Positions 48,188 through 57,590 of a stretch of DNA of 64,000 bases are shown in pieces. The notes under the pieces were generated by a model. It made no database searches, was not told where the DNA came from, and was given only the letters and a program-made list of their open reading frames with translations. Each line of letters opens with the position of its first letter. The stretch's first letter is position 1. This DNA is from Promethearchaeia archaeon (lineage in GTDB: Archaea > Asgardarchaeota > Lokiarchaeia > Sigyniarchaeales > SOKP01). The stretch is from the NCBI GenBank assembly GCA_046483985.1, contig JAWOCD010000056.1, positions 32,780-96,779 on the forward strand. Reading direction: 5' to 3'. Made by a program: the position numbers and the translations under genes.

Positions 48188-48949
48188 ATGACCTTTTTGA
48201 AATTAGAAAACATTTCTAAAAAAATAGGTCAAAATTCGATATTAAAAAAGATAAATTGGGAAATAAATGAACGTGAATTGATGGTATTGGTGGGGCCAAG
48301 TGGATGCGGTAAAACAACTCTTCTGAAAGTTATCCTTGGAGTTCTAAAACCGGACAAGGGTTCAATTTATATAAATCAAAAAAAAATTAATGATATCCCC
48401 ATTTCAGAGAGAAATATTGGTTTTGTACCACAAGATTTTGGTCTTTTTCCTCATCTCACAGTTAATGAAAATATAGCTTATGGACTTAAGGTTCAAGGAT
48501 ATGAAAAACAAGTCATAAACTCACGAGTATCAAAATTAATTGATAAACTAAAGTTAAATAATCTTGAAAAACGAAAAATCGATCAATTAAGCTGGGGACA
48601 ACAACAGAGAGTGGCATTAGCAAGATCATTAGCAATTCAACCATGTTTGCTGCTATTAGATGAGCCGCTAAGTTCAGTGGATTGGATTGCCCGAAGAAAT
48701 ATTAGTAAAGAATTAAAAAGATTACAAAAAGAGTTTAAGATTACAGTAATCTATGTAACACACGATATTGACGAGGCATTTGAATTGGGGGATAAAATCA
48801 CAGTAATGAATGCCGGCAAGTTGGAACAATGTGGTACTCCCATCAATTTAATTCATAATCCTAAAACGGAATTTGTCTCTTCATTTGTTAGGCAAAAGAA
48901 AAGTCTAAAAAGAACACGTATGGTTATGGATTTAACAGGGGAAATATGA
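48188..48949 (+). CDS. ABC transporter ATP-binding protein (WtpC/PotA-like)
   Basis: GPSGCGKTT, LFPHLTV, LSWGQQQR, LLLDEP and VTHD motifs. Confidence 0.92.
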   Translation: MTFLKLENISKKIGQNSILKKINWEINERELMVLVGPSGCGKTTLLKVILGVLKPDKGSIYINQKKINDIPISERNIGFVPQDFGLFPHLTVNENIAYGLKVQGYEKQVINSRVSKLIDKLKLNNLEKRKIDQLSWGQQQRVALARSLAIQPCLLLLDEPLSSVDWIARRNISKELKRLQKEFKITVIYVTHDIDEAFELGDKITVMNAGKLEQCGTPINLIHNPKTEFVSSFVRQKKSLKRTRMVMDLTGEI

Positions 48950-48969
48950 CGGTCTTACTTTAACTTTGT

Positions 48970-49080
48970 TTGAACTACCACGTCATAAATGACGTGGATT
49001 CGTAATTCATCGAAGATTGCCGACATACCATCATTCTGACATCCTCTCCAAACGTTTTTACCGTAATCCCTACGGCAGAA
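48970..49080 (-). ncRNA. Putative TnpB omegaRNA (reRNA) scaffold
   Basis: CCGTAGggatTACGG hairpin, TGGAGA motif and terminal hairpin before TCAA, the layout seen at tnpB 3-prime ends; 5-prime boundary approximate. Confidence 0.55.
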
Positions 49081-49229
49081 TCATTATAAGTATTGATCTT
49101 GATAGTATTTTCTTCTAATTGCTTCATTCCTTCTTTTTTGATATTTTTTGGACGGATTTATATCTCTATTATGATGCGCATTACAATTCATCACCACCCT
49201 AAAGGACGGTGCTTTCTCGCACTCTAGTG
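48970..49229 (-). mobile_element. 260-bp non-autonomous IS200/IS605 derivative with both ends
   Basis: Left end TTAC|...AAAG-CACCgtCCtttaGGgtGGTG; right end GAAT-CCACGTCATttATGACGTGG-tagt-TCAA; interior is a tnpB 3-prime tail. Confidence 0.85.
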
Positions 49230-49371
49230 GTAAAGAACAATTTTAAAATTTGTCTTAAGATGAAAATATATTCCAACAAAAGTTATAAATATTTATCTTT
49301 CTTGTAGGATACACGAGTAACTAAATTATCTTTAAATAATAAAAACATAGATAGGTGCACAAAAAGTAAAC

Positions 49372-50157
49372 ATGTTGTACATAGTGTGGATTTTCTTAAT
49401 CATGGCAATTATTTTTGTCCTATGTTATATTGCATCTGGAATTCGTGTTCTAGCAGAATATGAGCGGGCGATTGTCTTTCGCCTTGGTAGATTTATAGGA
49501 ATAAAAGGTCCAGGTCTTTTTTGGATTATACCAGGATTTGATAAAACGAGAACCGTTGGTTTACGTACTATTACCTATGACGCCCGAATGATAAAAGTAA
49601 TCACAAAGGACAATATTCGCTGCGATATTGATTCGGTAGTATATTACCGTGTGGTAGACCCGAAAAAAGCAATTCTTGAGGTTGAGAATTATACATTCGC
49701 AACACAAAATGTTGCAAAGACCGTGTTACGAGATGTTTTCGGGATGGCAGAATTAGACGAGATACTAAGCCATACTGCAGATTTTACGCTAAAAATTCAA
49801 GAAGAAGTTGATAAAAAAACAGACCCATGGGGTATAAAGGTTTCCGATGTAGCAGTTAGCGATGTTTTATTACCGGAGAATATGCAAAGAGCAATTGCAA
49901 AACAAGCTGAAGCCGAACGAGAAAGACGATCAAGGATTATCATAGCCGAAGGAGAGTCTCTTGCCGCTAAAAAAATGCTAGAAGCCGCCCAAATTTATGG
50001 AAAGAGTCCAGTAACCTTGAAGTTAAGAGAATTACAAACATTAACGGATATTGCAAAAGAGAAAAACTTAATCGTCGTAAATAATACTACAGATATAAAA
50101 GATTTGGGTCCTACAGTTGCATTAACTCAAGCGAAAAAACCTCAAGAGAAAGAATAA
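49372..50157 (+). CDS. SPFH/band 7 stomatin (slipin) family protein
   Basis: EYERAIVFRLG, GPGL, TKDN, DPWGIKV, QAEAERERR and LRELQTL motifs. Confidence 0.95.
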   Translation: MLYIVWIFLIMAIIFVLCYIASGIRVLAEYERAIVFRLGRFIGIKGPGLFWIIPGFDKTRTVGLRTITYDARMIKVITKDNIRCDIDSVVYYRVVDPKKAILEVENYTFATQNVAKTVLRDVFGMAELDEILSHTADFTLKIQEEVDKKTDPWGIKVSDVAVSDVLLPENMQRAIAKQAEAERERRSRIIIAEGESLAAKKMLEAAQIYGKSPVTLKLRELQTLTDIAKEKNLIVVNNTTDIKDLGPTVALTQAKKPQEKE

Positions 50158-50213
50158 AATCAAAATTTTTTTTTATTTATTTCAAATCTTAAAGAAAGGA
50201 GCTGAAAATCAAT

Positions 50214-50831
50214 ATGGAAATCTTAAGAACAATATCGGTGTTTATATTACTCATCGGTTTTGCGTTTTTAATGGCAGAGCTTATGACCGAGGAGGTCGAA
50301 TTTTTCGCACCAGTAACAAGTATCACATTAATTATTGGATTGATCTTGTTTTTCTTATCAGATCCGAAGGAATGGTTAGAGATAAGCAGTGATTTTTATC
50401 CGTATTTTGTACTTATAATTATAATTATCGGAACAGTTCCGATCATTATTTCAATAGTAATTTTATTTAAAATTAGAGCGATCAAAGACAAACCCCATGA
50501 GCTGCTTGATTTTATTGGAAAAGAGGTAGCTGTTATTAAAGCAATAAACTCAACAAAGAAAGGATATGTCCGATTTCGCGGCGAAAAATGGCATGCAGTT
50601 TCTTCAAATGCATTGCAAGAAGGTGAGAAAGCAATTATTGATGATGTAAATCTCAACGGATTAACCTTAAAAGTAAAAAAAAGTCCATCGGAATCGGAGA
50701 CTTCAGAAAGTGGAACTAGAAAACAAAAAAGCGAAAAAGGTCAAATTGAAACAAAGAGATGTCCTTATTGTGGTAATCAAATTGATAAATCTTCCAAAAT
50801 ATGTCCAGCGTGTGGCTCAGAGTTAAAGTAA
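50214..50831 (+). CDS. NfeD family protein with C-terminal zinc ribbon
   Basis: TM helices, GYVRFRGEKWHAVS OB-fold, CPYCG...CPACG. Confidence 0.88.
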   Translation: MEILRTISVFILLIGFAFLMAELMTEEVEFFAPVTSITLIIGLILFFLSDPKEWLEISSDFYPYFVLIIIIIGTVPIIISIVILFKIRAIKDKPHELLDFIGKEVAVIKAINSTKKGYVRFRGEKWHAVSSNALQEGEKAIIDDVNLNGLTLKVKKSPSESETSESGTRKQKSEKGQIETKRCPYCGNQIDKSSKICPACGSELK

Positions 50832-50959
50832 GCTTTATGACTATAAAGGGGGTTAGTGCTTACGAGTATTTCATTATACTTACCGCTTGACCTAATATTT
50901 TGCTGGGGATCTTTTGGACATATTTGAAGCGATTAATTTATTAAAGAAATTGTATTAAT

Positions 50960-52999
50960 ATGGCAAATCTGTCTGAAAGCAAATTAAATATGAGAAAAAA
51001 ACGAACGTTTTTTATTCTTTCTGTAGCCATAATGAGTTTTCTCTTCATAGAAAGCTTATCAAATTTTACGCTTCAAGTCACAGCAGTAATTTTCTGGCAG
51101 TTTCAAAAGTCCACAATTATTTATGGATGGATAATTTTCTATCTTCTTCTCATTTTTGGTATTCCGCTCTTTTTTTCTTTAGGTTGGTTATCTCACCTTA
51201 ACAAGATTAAGTTCTTAACCTTGATAATTATCATATTTCGGCTCCTAGCCCTATATTATATCTCCGGAGAATTAATGCTTCTTTTTATTATTATATTATT
51301 TGTCTCGTTACTCGTCTATTTTACCCAAATATTAATGCTATTTAAAAAAGTAGATTTTTTCCACCATCTTCAAAGTCTGATAACGGGGGTGATTTTAGGA
51401 ATAGGTTTTTATTTTACAATATTATCGCTAAATTTATCTTCAAATCTGAGCTATGCACCTCTAAAAATTCCCTTCATTATTGCCTTTTTGCTATTATTAA
51501 TATTTTTCGCGTACGATTTATTTAATCCTCGGGCTTTAGTCAATTTTCAAGAAAATTCAAAAAGTCCTGAAAAACCACCCAAGCAAGAACCGCTGAGATT
51601 TCTTCACTTTGTATTTTTAGGGCTGTTAACGTTTTTGACAGTGGGATGGCTCATAAATCCAGTAGGACTGTCGGCTTATGATAGCAGCATATTAGAGTGG
51701 ATTCCCTATGGATTTTTGTTCTATATAATAAGTATTCTTAGTTCGACTATTTTGGCATTTTATTTAGTTCAATATACTTTAAAAAAATTTGGCGCTAAAT
51801 TAAAAACGAACGTTCTCTTGTCTAACCTATTATATTTAATTTTAAATGCGGGAGGGATCTTATTTATCGAAGATGATGCCTCCTTTTTCTCTACATTTTA
51901 TTTAATCTTTATGGTCATTGTTAGCCTATATACTCTCATTTTGGATGTCTCATATCTCTTCACCCATTATTTTTTTAACTCGGCTAAAAAGACCTTCATC
52001 GGTCAAATAGTGTTTATGTTTTCCTTCGGCTTGAGCTATATCATATCGATAATTTTTACGTATTCTTTGTATGCCACCATGTTAATTAGTATATCTGTCT
52101 TATCTGGCCTATTATTCCTTATATTTTTTATACAAGAAATGAAGGATCTTAAGCTAAGTATTCCGAATTTTAATCTCGAATGGTCACGGACGAAGGAATA
52201 TGGCATTTTCTTCATTTGTATATTTCTCATGAATCTCGTTTCCGTATCCTTTATCCTCTATTCTTCAGCGTATGATGAATCCACAGATAAAAACCCCACA
52301 ATTATGGTGTGGAATATCCATAATGGAATAGGTGTTGATTACAAGTTTGATTTAGATCGTATTGCTGAAGAAATAGAAGAGAGGGATCCAGATATATTGG
52401 GATTAAACGAAGTAGATATGGGTATATTAAAGACAGGTCTTATAGATATCGGAACGTATCTTGCTGAAAAATTAGATATGTATCTTTTTTATGCTCCCAC
52501 ATATTATAACCATTACGGAATTGCTATATTAAGCAAATATCCCTTTGAAAATGTGGAAAATATTGCTCTCCCCCGGTCTCCAGATGTAAATGGCGAGCCG
52601 AGAGCAGTAATTCGTGCGAAAGTAGAGATTAACAATAAATTATGGACAATCTATGTGAATCACTTATCTACCAAAGAGGAAGATCGGATTGAACAAGTGC
52701 CGTTTATTGTTGAGCTGATTGAAGAGCAAGAATTTAAAAGAGTGGTATGGATGGGGGACTTTAATGCCCAACCCGATGAAACACCGTATGAATTGGTAAA
52801 TAGCAGCGGGGACTTAGAATTTATAGATACTCATCAATATGTGGATCCAGTCCCTAAATTGACGGGAGGGTTAAATGAAAACGGAAAACCCACAAATCGA
52901 ATAGATTATATTTTTTGTTCTCCCGATTTAGTTCCTTCGAAAACTGAGGTTCATTGCTCGGAAGCCTCTGATCATTGTGCGGTCATTACAAAATTTTAA
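50960..52999 (+). CDS. Polytopic membrane protein with C-terminal EEP (endonuclease/exonuclease/phosphatase) domain
   Basis: About 13 TM segments, then WNIHNG, LNEVD, ILSKYP, NHL, GDFN, RIDYIF and SDH motifs. Confidence 0.85.
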   Translation: MANLSESKLNMRKKRTFFILSVAIMSFLFIESLSNFTLQVTAVIFWQFQKSTIIYGWIIFYLLLIFGIPLFFSLGWLSHLNKIKFLTLIIIIFRLLALYYISGELMLLFIIILFVSLLVYFTQILMLFKKVDFFHHLQSLITGVILGIGFYFTILSLNLSSNLSYAPLKIPFIIAFLLLLIFFAYDLFNPRALVNFQENSKSPEKPPKQEPLRFLHFVFLGLLTFLTVGWLINPVGLSAYDSSILEWIPYGFLFYIISILSSTILAFYLVQYTLKKFGAKLKTNVLLSNLLYLILNAGGILFIEDDASFFSTFYLIFMVIVSLYTLILDVSYLFTHYFFNSAKKTFIGQIVFMFSFGLSYIISIIFTYSLYATMLISISVLSGLLFLIFFIQEMKDLKLSIPNFNLEWSRTKEYGIFFICIFLMNLVSVSFILYSSAYDESTDKNPTIMVWNIHNGIGVDYKFDLDRIAEEIEERDPDILGLNEVDMGILKTGLIDIGTYLAEKLDMYLFYAPTYYNHYGIAILSKYPFENVENIALPRSPDVNGEPRAVIRAKVEINNKLWTIYVNHLSTKEEDRIEQVPFIVELIEEQEFKRVVWMGDFNAQPDETPYELVNSSGDLEFIDTHQYVDPVPKLTGGLNENGKPTNRIDYIFCSPDLVPSKTEVHCSEASDHCAVITKF

Positions 53000-53065
53000 C
53001 TTTGATATTCTCTGTATCCATTTGGTACTTTATAATTTTCTCTTAATTTCATTAAGAAGTATTTA

Positions 53066-53113
53066 AGAAATTCATCCCCTCCCTAAAGGGATGGTGACTT
53101 CTTTCGCAGATCG
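53066..53113 (-). mobile_element. IS200/IS605-type left-end hairpin remnant
   Basis: TTCATCCCCTCCCTAAAGGGATGGTGACTTCTTTCGC, similar to the 49185-49229 end. Confidence 0.65.
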
Positions 53114-53115
53114 TT

Positions 53116-53149
53116 AAAAAATGTAAAAAAACTTATACAAAAGACTATA
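53116..53149 (-). mobile_element. End of the TATAGTC-ended MITE-like repeat
   Basis: Reverse complement TATAGTCTTTTGTATAAGTTTTTTTACATTTTT matches 55106 onward. Confidence 0.5.
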
Positions 53150-53244
53150 AGACCATATTTTTAAATAGGTCAATATCTAACTTATAATTATACAATTTAT
53201 TGTCATTTAGGGCCGTTTTACCGTAAAATAAGGAGGCTTAAAAT

Positions 53245-54138
53245 TTGAAACTGAAAGGATTGGCGAAGTTCAGGGAAAAAACACCCGCGTTGGCAGGAAA
53301 GAAAATACTCTTATTACCTTTATATATCATCGGTGTGGTTATTAGCAGTTTACTACTACTAGTTTTTTTTGATAATTTCCCTCTTATTGTCGCGGCCAAT
53401 ACCAATACCTTCATAGGCATGTTAAGTGTTCTATCACCCATTTTGGGCGTTCTTCTAATGCTGTGCATCGGTTTAATTTTAGTATATCAAGTATGGTATC
53501 ATCGAGATCGTTTGAAAGAACAATATGAACACTTAGCTTACCAAAAAATCTTTTTAGTAGGATTTGGAGGTGTATTTATCCTCATTAGCGTTTCGATTCA
53601 TAATGTTATTTCCATACTCACGTGGCAAGAGTCTTTTTGGACTCAAGCGCCCTTTTCATTTTTTACGATTTCTTTGACTTCATTAATTCCTGTGGGACAT
53701 AGTTTGATTTCATTACTCCGCGTGATTGTTGGGATTTTGACAGTTATTCTTGGGATTTTATTAATAATTAGGGCATTTTTCACCTTCGGAATTGATTATA
53801 TGGCGGTTGTGTATTTATATTTTCCCGAAGAGAGCAATCTTCAAGACCATAGAATTTACTCTATTCTGCGCCATCCCGCTTACGCAGGGTCGCTAATGGT
53901 TTGCTTGGGAGGTATAATTTTACAACTAAATTTATATTCTGTTATATTTTTCATACTCTATTATCTTGCATTGTACATTCACATCCACTACGTGGAAGAA
54001 AGGGAACTAATCCATCGATTCGGAGAGTCTTATAAAATCTATAGGGATACTACTCGAGCTTTCTTTGTCAAACTAACGGATATTGACAAACTTCTGGCCT
54101 TTATAATAGGAAAGGATAAACCAGTTCAGAGTTCTTAA
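53245..54138 (+). CDS. ICMT/PEMT family membrane methyltransferase
   Basis: IYSILRHPAYAG and EERELIHRFGESY motifs. Confidence 0.85.
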   Translation: MKLKGLAKFREKTPALAGKKILLLPLYIIGVVISSLLLLVFFDNFPLIVAANTNTFIGMLSVLSPILGVLLMLCIGLILVYQVWYHRDRLKEQYEHLAYQKIFLVGFGGVFILISVSIHNVISILTWQESFWTQAPFSFFTISLTSLIPVGHSLISLLRVIVGILTVILGILLIIRAFFTFGIDYMAVVYLYFPEESNLQDHRIYSILRHPAYAGSLMVCLGGIILQLNLYSVIFFILYYLALYIHIHYVEERELIHRFGESYKIYRDTTRAFFVKLTDIDKLLAFIIGKDKPVQSS

Positions 54139-54436
54139 TAATAGACTCATCACCAATCGTGGTTTCACCGAGCATATAACCGAAGTCTGCAAATTTCCCT
54201 TGAGATGTTGTTGCAAACTTCAGTTAATTTGGTCCCAACTAAAAATATCCTTTAAAAAATAAAGAGACGGATAAGTTTTTTTAAATAATTATTTGAAGTA
54301 TTCCAAAAAGAGATTTGAGATAATATATTTGACTGTTTCTGTTTATATGCACATATTTTTATTTCAATAACAAAAACCTAATTAAACTTGAAACATTATA
54401 AGTTACAACAAAAAAATATTTAGAGTGAAAAAGTAA

Positions 54437-54898
54437 ATGGCGATTAAAGAAGGAGACGTTATTAAAGTCGAATATACGGGTACGTTAGACGATGGCACGG
54501 TATTCGATAGTACAGATATGGAAGAAAGAGAACCTTTAGTTTTTAAAGTTGGAGCAGGTCAAATCATCCCCGGTTTTGATGATTCAGTGATTGGGAAAGA
54601 AACTGGTGATGAATATGATATCCGATTAGAGCCCCCTGAAGCATACGGAGAGCGTAAAGAAGGTCTAACCAGAAGCCTTCCACGTGAACAATTCCCAAAA
54701 GACGAAAAGCCCGAGCCAGGTAAGATGGTTGCGTTAATGGGCCCAAATAATCAGCCGATTCCGGCAACTATAACAGAAGTCGATGATGAATCAATCAAAA
54801 TTGATTTAAACCATCCAATGGCGGGTAAAACATTAAATTTTAACATAAAGATTCTGGAAACGGGTTGCGAACTCGAGCCGCATGACCATAATCATTAA
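54437..54898 (+). CDS. slyD: FKBP-type peptidyl-prolyl isomerase
   Basis: YTGTLDDGTVFDS, EAYGER and DLNHPMAGKTLNF motifs; short His tail. Confidence 0.93.
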   Translation: MAIKEGDVIKVEYTGTLDDGTVFDSTDMEEREPLVFKVGAGQIIPGFDDSVIGKETGDEYDIRLEPPEAYGERKEGLTRSLPREQFPKDEKPEPGKMVALMGPNNQPIPATITEVDDESIKIDLNHPMAGKTLNFNIKILETGCELEPHDHNH

Positions 54899-54975
54899 AA
54901 ATTCTTCTATATTAATTTAAATTTTTTCTTAATTTTCTTTCTTCTGAGAGAAAGAGTTTCCATTATTTAAATCTT

Positions 54976-55057
54976 TTGGTTAATGCGATTCTTAGGCTAA
55001 AATTAGGGTAAAATCCATCCTCACCCTAAAGGACGGCGTATTCTTTTACCTTTAATA
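54976..55057 (-). mobile_element. IS200/IS605-type left-end mini-element
   Basis: Minus strand TTAT|tattaaaggtaaaag-AATA-hairpin with CCTTTAGG core; outer stem ggtaaaa/ttttacc. Confidence 0.65.
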
Positions 55058-55105
55058 ATAAAAAGTTCTAAAAATTCTGCCTAATCTTACAACTTTTCAA
55101 ATACA

Positions 55106-55251
55106 TATAGTCTTTGCATAAGTTTTTTTTACAATTTATAATTCCGGTTTTTCTAATTTACAGAAACTTTACTCATATCTACCATTAATTCTGAAAAGAA
55201 GAGGGATCTCTGGATATATATGATTAAAAATTATAGTAGCAAAAGACTATA
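55106..55251. mobile_element. 146-bp MITE-like element with terminal inverted repeats
   Basis: TATAGTCTTT-GC ... GCAAAAGACTATA; partial copies at 43561 and 53116. Confidence 0.5.
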
Positions 55252-55271
55252 AGAACTAAGATTTATATAGA

Positions 55272-55318
55272 TTGGGACTTCCATCCACAAAAGGAGGGAG
55301 TTTTCTTTTACTTTTTTG
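55272..55318 (-). mobile_element. Degenerate IS200/IS605-type left end
   Basis: TTCCATCCACAAAAGGAGGGAGTTTTCTTTTAC...TGATTAAAA resembles the other left ends. Confidence 0.4.
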
Positions 55319-55342
55319 ATTAAAAAAAAAAAGTTTTTTAGG

Positions 55343-56065
55343 TTATTCTTGAATCAACAAAGATTTTAACCATCTGGGAAGCAAAAATCCCCAATAAAAT
55401 TCGATAGCCGCCAAAATTAAGATCATTCTCGAAATAATAAGGATGGGTATTGAGCCTACGCTGAACACATCCAATATAGCGCCAACTACAAAGCAGATAA
55501 AGGCGAGTAGGAGCAGTTTTCCCTTCAACTTAATTTCCTTATCTGTGGATCGGATAGATTGGTAGCTAAAGATAACTCCTGTAATGAGGAGAGTTATTAA
55601 CAGGAAAATATGATATGTGATTACAAATAAGCCATTACCCACATCTATAGCGCCAGTTGGTTCCCCGATCATGGTTGGATTTGAAAATAAAAGGTAGAAA
55701 AAAACAATTTCGTAGAGCGCGGAAATAATTCCATAAACTATAACCGTCATTTTTTGCTTTTCTTTATAATGTAATTCCGTGAACGCATACATCCAAACTA
55801 TGGGAGCAACGGGGAGAAAGAAGTTACCAAGAAAGAGGAACAACTGCAATGTAAGGCCTTCATTAATAAGGAGAATCTTAATGATAGAAACTGTAGAAGG
55901 CCACCAAGGCGAGCTTATACCAATCCATGTCAATCCTACCAAAAGTAAAATCCGTTTTTTATATTCAAAATACTTTGAAATAATAATAACACCAACTGTA
56001 ATGGAAATGGAAACAAAGATTAAACTAAAAATTCCATTCATTACAGAAAATGCATCTAATTCCAT
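55343..56065 (-). CDS. 7-TM membrane protein, paralog of 22058-22783
   Basis: KYFEYKKR, SPWWP, KLKGKLLLLAF and FYWGFLLPRWLK motifs. Confidence 0.82.
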   Translation of the reverse strand: MELDAFSVMNGIFSLIFVSISITVGVIIISKYFEYKKRILLLVGLTWIGISSPWWPSTVSIIKILLINEGLTLQLFLFLGNFFLPVAPIVWMYAFTELHYKEKQKMTVIVYGIISALYEIVFFYLLFSNPTMIGEPTGAIDVGNGLFVITYHIFLLITLLITGVIFSYQSIRSTDKEIKLKGKLLLLAFICFVVGAILDVFSVGSIPILIISRMILILAAIEFYWGFLLPRWLKSLLIQE

Positions 56066-56399
56066 ATTTATCCACTATTTATCCTAATTAATTTCTAAGA
56101 GTATATTATAATACTTAAGTTTTGTATTTTTTCTAAAATCTTACTAATGATCTTTGCTCTTTTCCCTTAAAACTTTATGCTCGTTTCGCTGAATGCCTCT
56201 CTTACATCTATATATTCGTATGGTCTTTGACGGAGAAGCCATCCCTTGTAGAATGAAGTCACGAAATTGAATGAGTAAATTTAAATCTTTAAAGGGAAGA
56301 TTAATGTGTCCTATTTAGAAAAACCTTTCACATGTATGTGTATAGAAATTAAGTGAAAAAAAAAATTAAAATTAAATTATTTGGGCTTGTAAGAATTGT

Positions 56400-57575
56400 T
56401 TATTCGTTCTGACCAAGAACAGTCACTGAGCATACTGAAAAGGGTCCGCCAAGATTATGGCATAGCCCCATCCTCGCATCTGGCACTTGTCTCCCTTCGG
56501 CCCGCCCTTGTAACTGCTTCGTAATTTCTTGAAGCATACGACATCCCGTTGAACCAATCGGATGTCCGAAGGATTTAAGTCCCCCGCTAGGGTTTACCGC
56601 GGTTTCACCGTCCCAGTTGAAGGTTCCTTTTTTAAGTTCTTCGGCAGCTTGTCCGCGATCGCAGAATTGTAAATCTTGACAATCCAATAATTCCGTAATG
56701 GTAAAGCAATCGTGCACTTCGGCAGCGTCAATTTCCTCTCGAGGATTTGTAATACCGGCTTCTTTGTAGGCACTTTCGGCCGCTTTTACCGTTGCAGGAA
56801 ATGAGGTAAAATCGAATCCCGGCCAATACCACGGGGTATTTGTATAACACGAGATGGAGTTCGCTTTCACCACCACATAATCATCGCCGTGCGCATAACT
56901 TTCTGCTTGCTCGGGAGTGGTTAAAATTAATGCTGCTGCACCATCACTCATTGCGCAGCAATCAAATCTACCAAGCGGATCCGCGATCATCCGAGCATTC
57001 ATTGCTTTATCCACCGTAATTTCACTTTGAAAATGAGCTTTCGGGTGATGGGCCCCGTTTGCGTGATTCTTGACCGCAACTCGTGCCAAATCTTCCTTTG
57101 TCCATCCATACTCTTTGAAACTTCTGGTGGCTGCCATCGAAAACATTGCCGGAGCACTTGGAAGGGGTAAGACTGGGTGACCAAAGACCTTAAATCCCGG
57201 TAAGCCAGAGGATCCTTCGTCCATTATCTTCTCAACCCCACACGCCATAACCACATCATAGGCCCCCGAAGCTATTGCAAAGCAGGCATTCCGGAAAGCA
57301 TCCATGCCCGATGCACAATAGTTCTCGGTTCTGGTCACTGGTTTTCCGTCCAGTCGAAGAATATCTTCTACCGTTGCACCAGATTGTCCCGTAAAGTAAT
57401 AATAAATTCCAACCCATGCCGCATCAACTTCATCTTTTGTAATGCCAGCATCATCAAAGGCTCCATGGGCTGCCTCATATAACATATCGCTTTGGTTCAT
57501 ATCCCATAATTCGCCATATTTTGTGGCATCACAGCCAATTATAGCAACCTCATCTTTAATACCATGTTTTGTCAT
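56400..57575 (-). CDS. SCP2/archaeal-type thiolase
   Basis: ENYCASG, GVEK, SDGAAA, EVHDCF, GHPIGSTG and HNLGG motifs. Confidence 0.92.
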   Translation of the reverse strand: MTKHGIKDEVAIIGCDATKYGELWDMNQSDMLYEAAHGAFDDAGITKDEVDAAWVGIYYYFTGQSGATVEDILRLDGKPVTRTENYCASGMDAFRNACFAIASGAYDVVMACGVEKIMDEGSSGLPGFKVFGHPVLPLPSAPAMFSMAATRSFKEYGWTKEDLARVAVKNHANGAHHPKAHFQSEITVDKAMNARMIADPLGRFDCCAMSDGAAALILTTPEQAESYAHGDDYVVVKANSISCYTNTPWYWPGFDFTSFPATVKAAESAYKEAGITNPREEIDAAEVHDCFTITELLDCQDLQFCDRGQAAEELKKGTFNWDGETAVNPSGGLKSFGHPIGSTGCRMLQEITKQLQGRAEGRQVPDARMGLCHNLGGPFSVCSVTVLGQNE

Positions 57576-57590
57576 TTTAATTTACACCTC

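Noticed and set aside
56235-56262. Degenerate plus-strand IS605 right end (GAAGCCATCCCTT...GTCAC)
   Set aside because: The second hairpin arm is missing, so too weak to call; if real it would be an exception to the co-orientation
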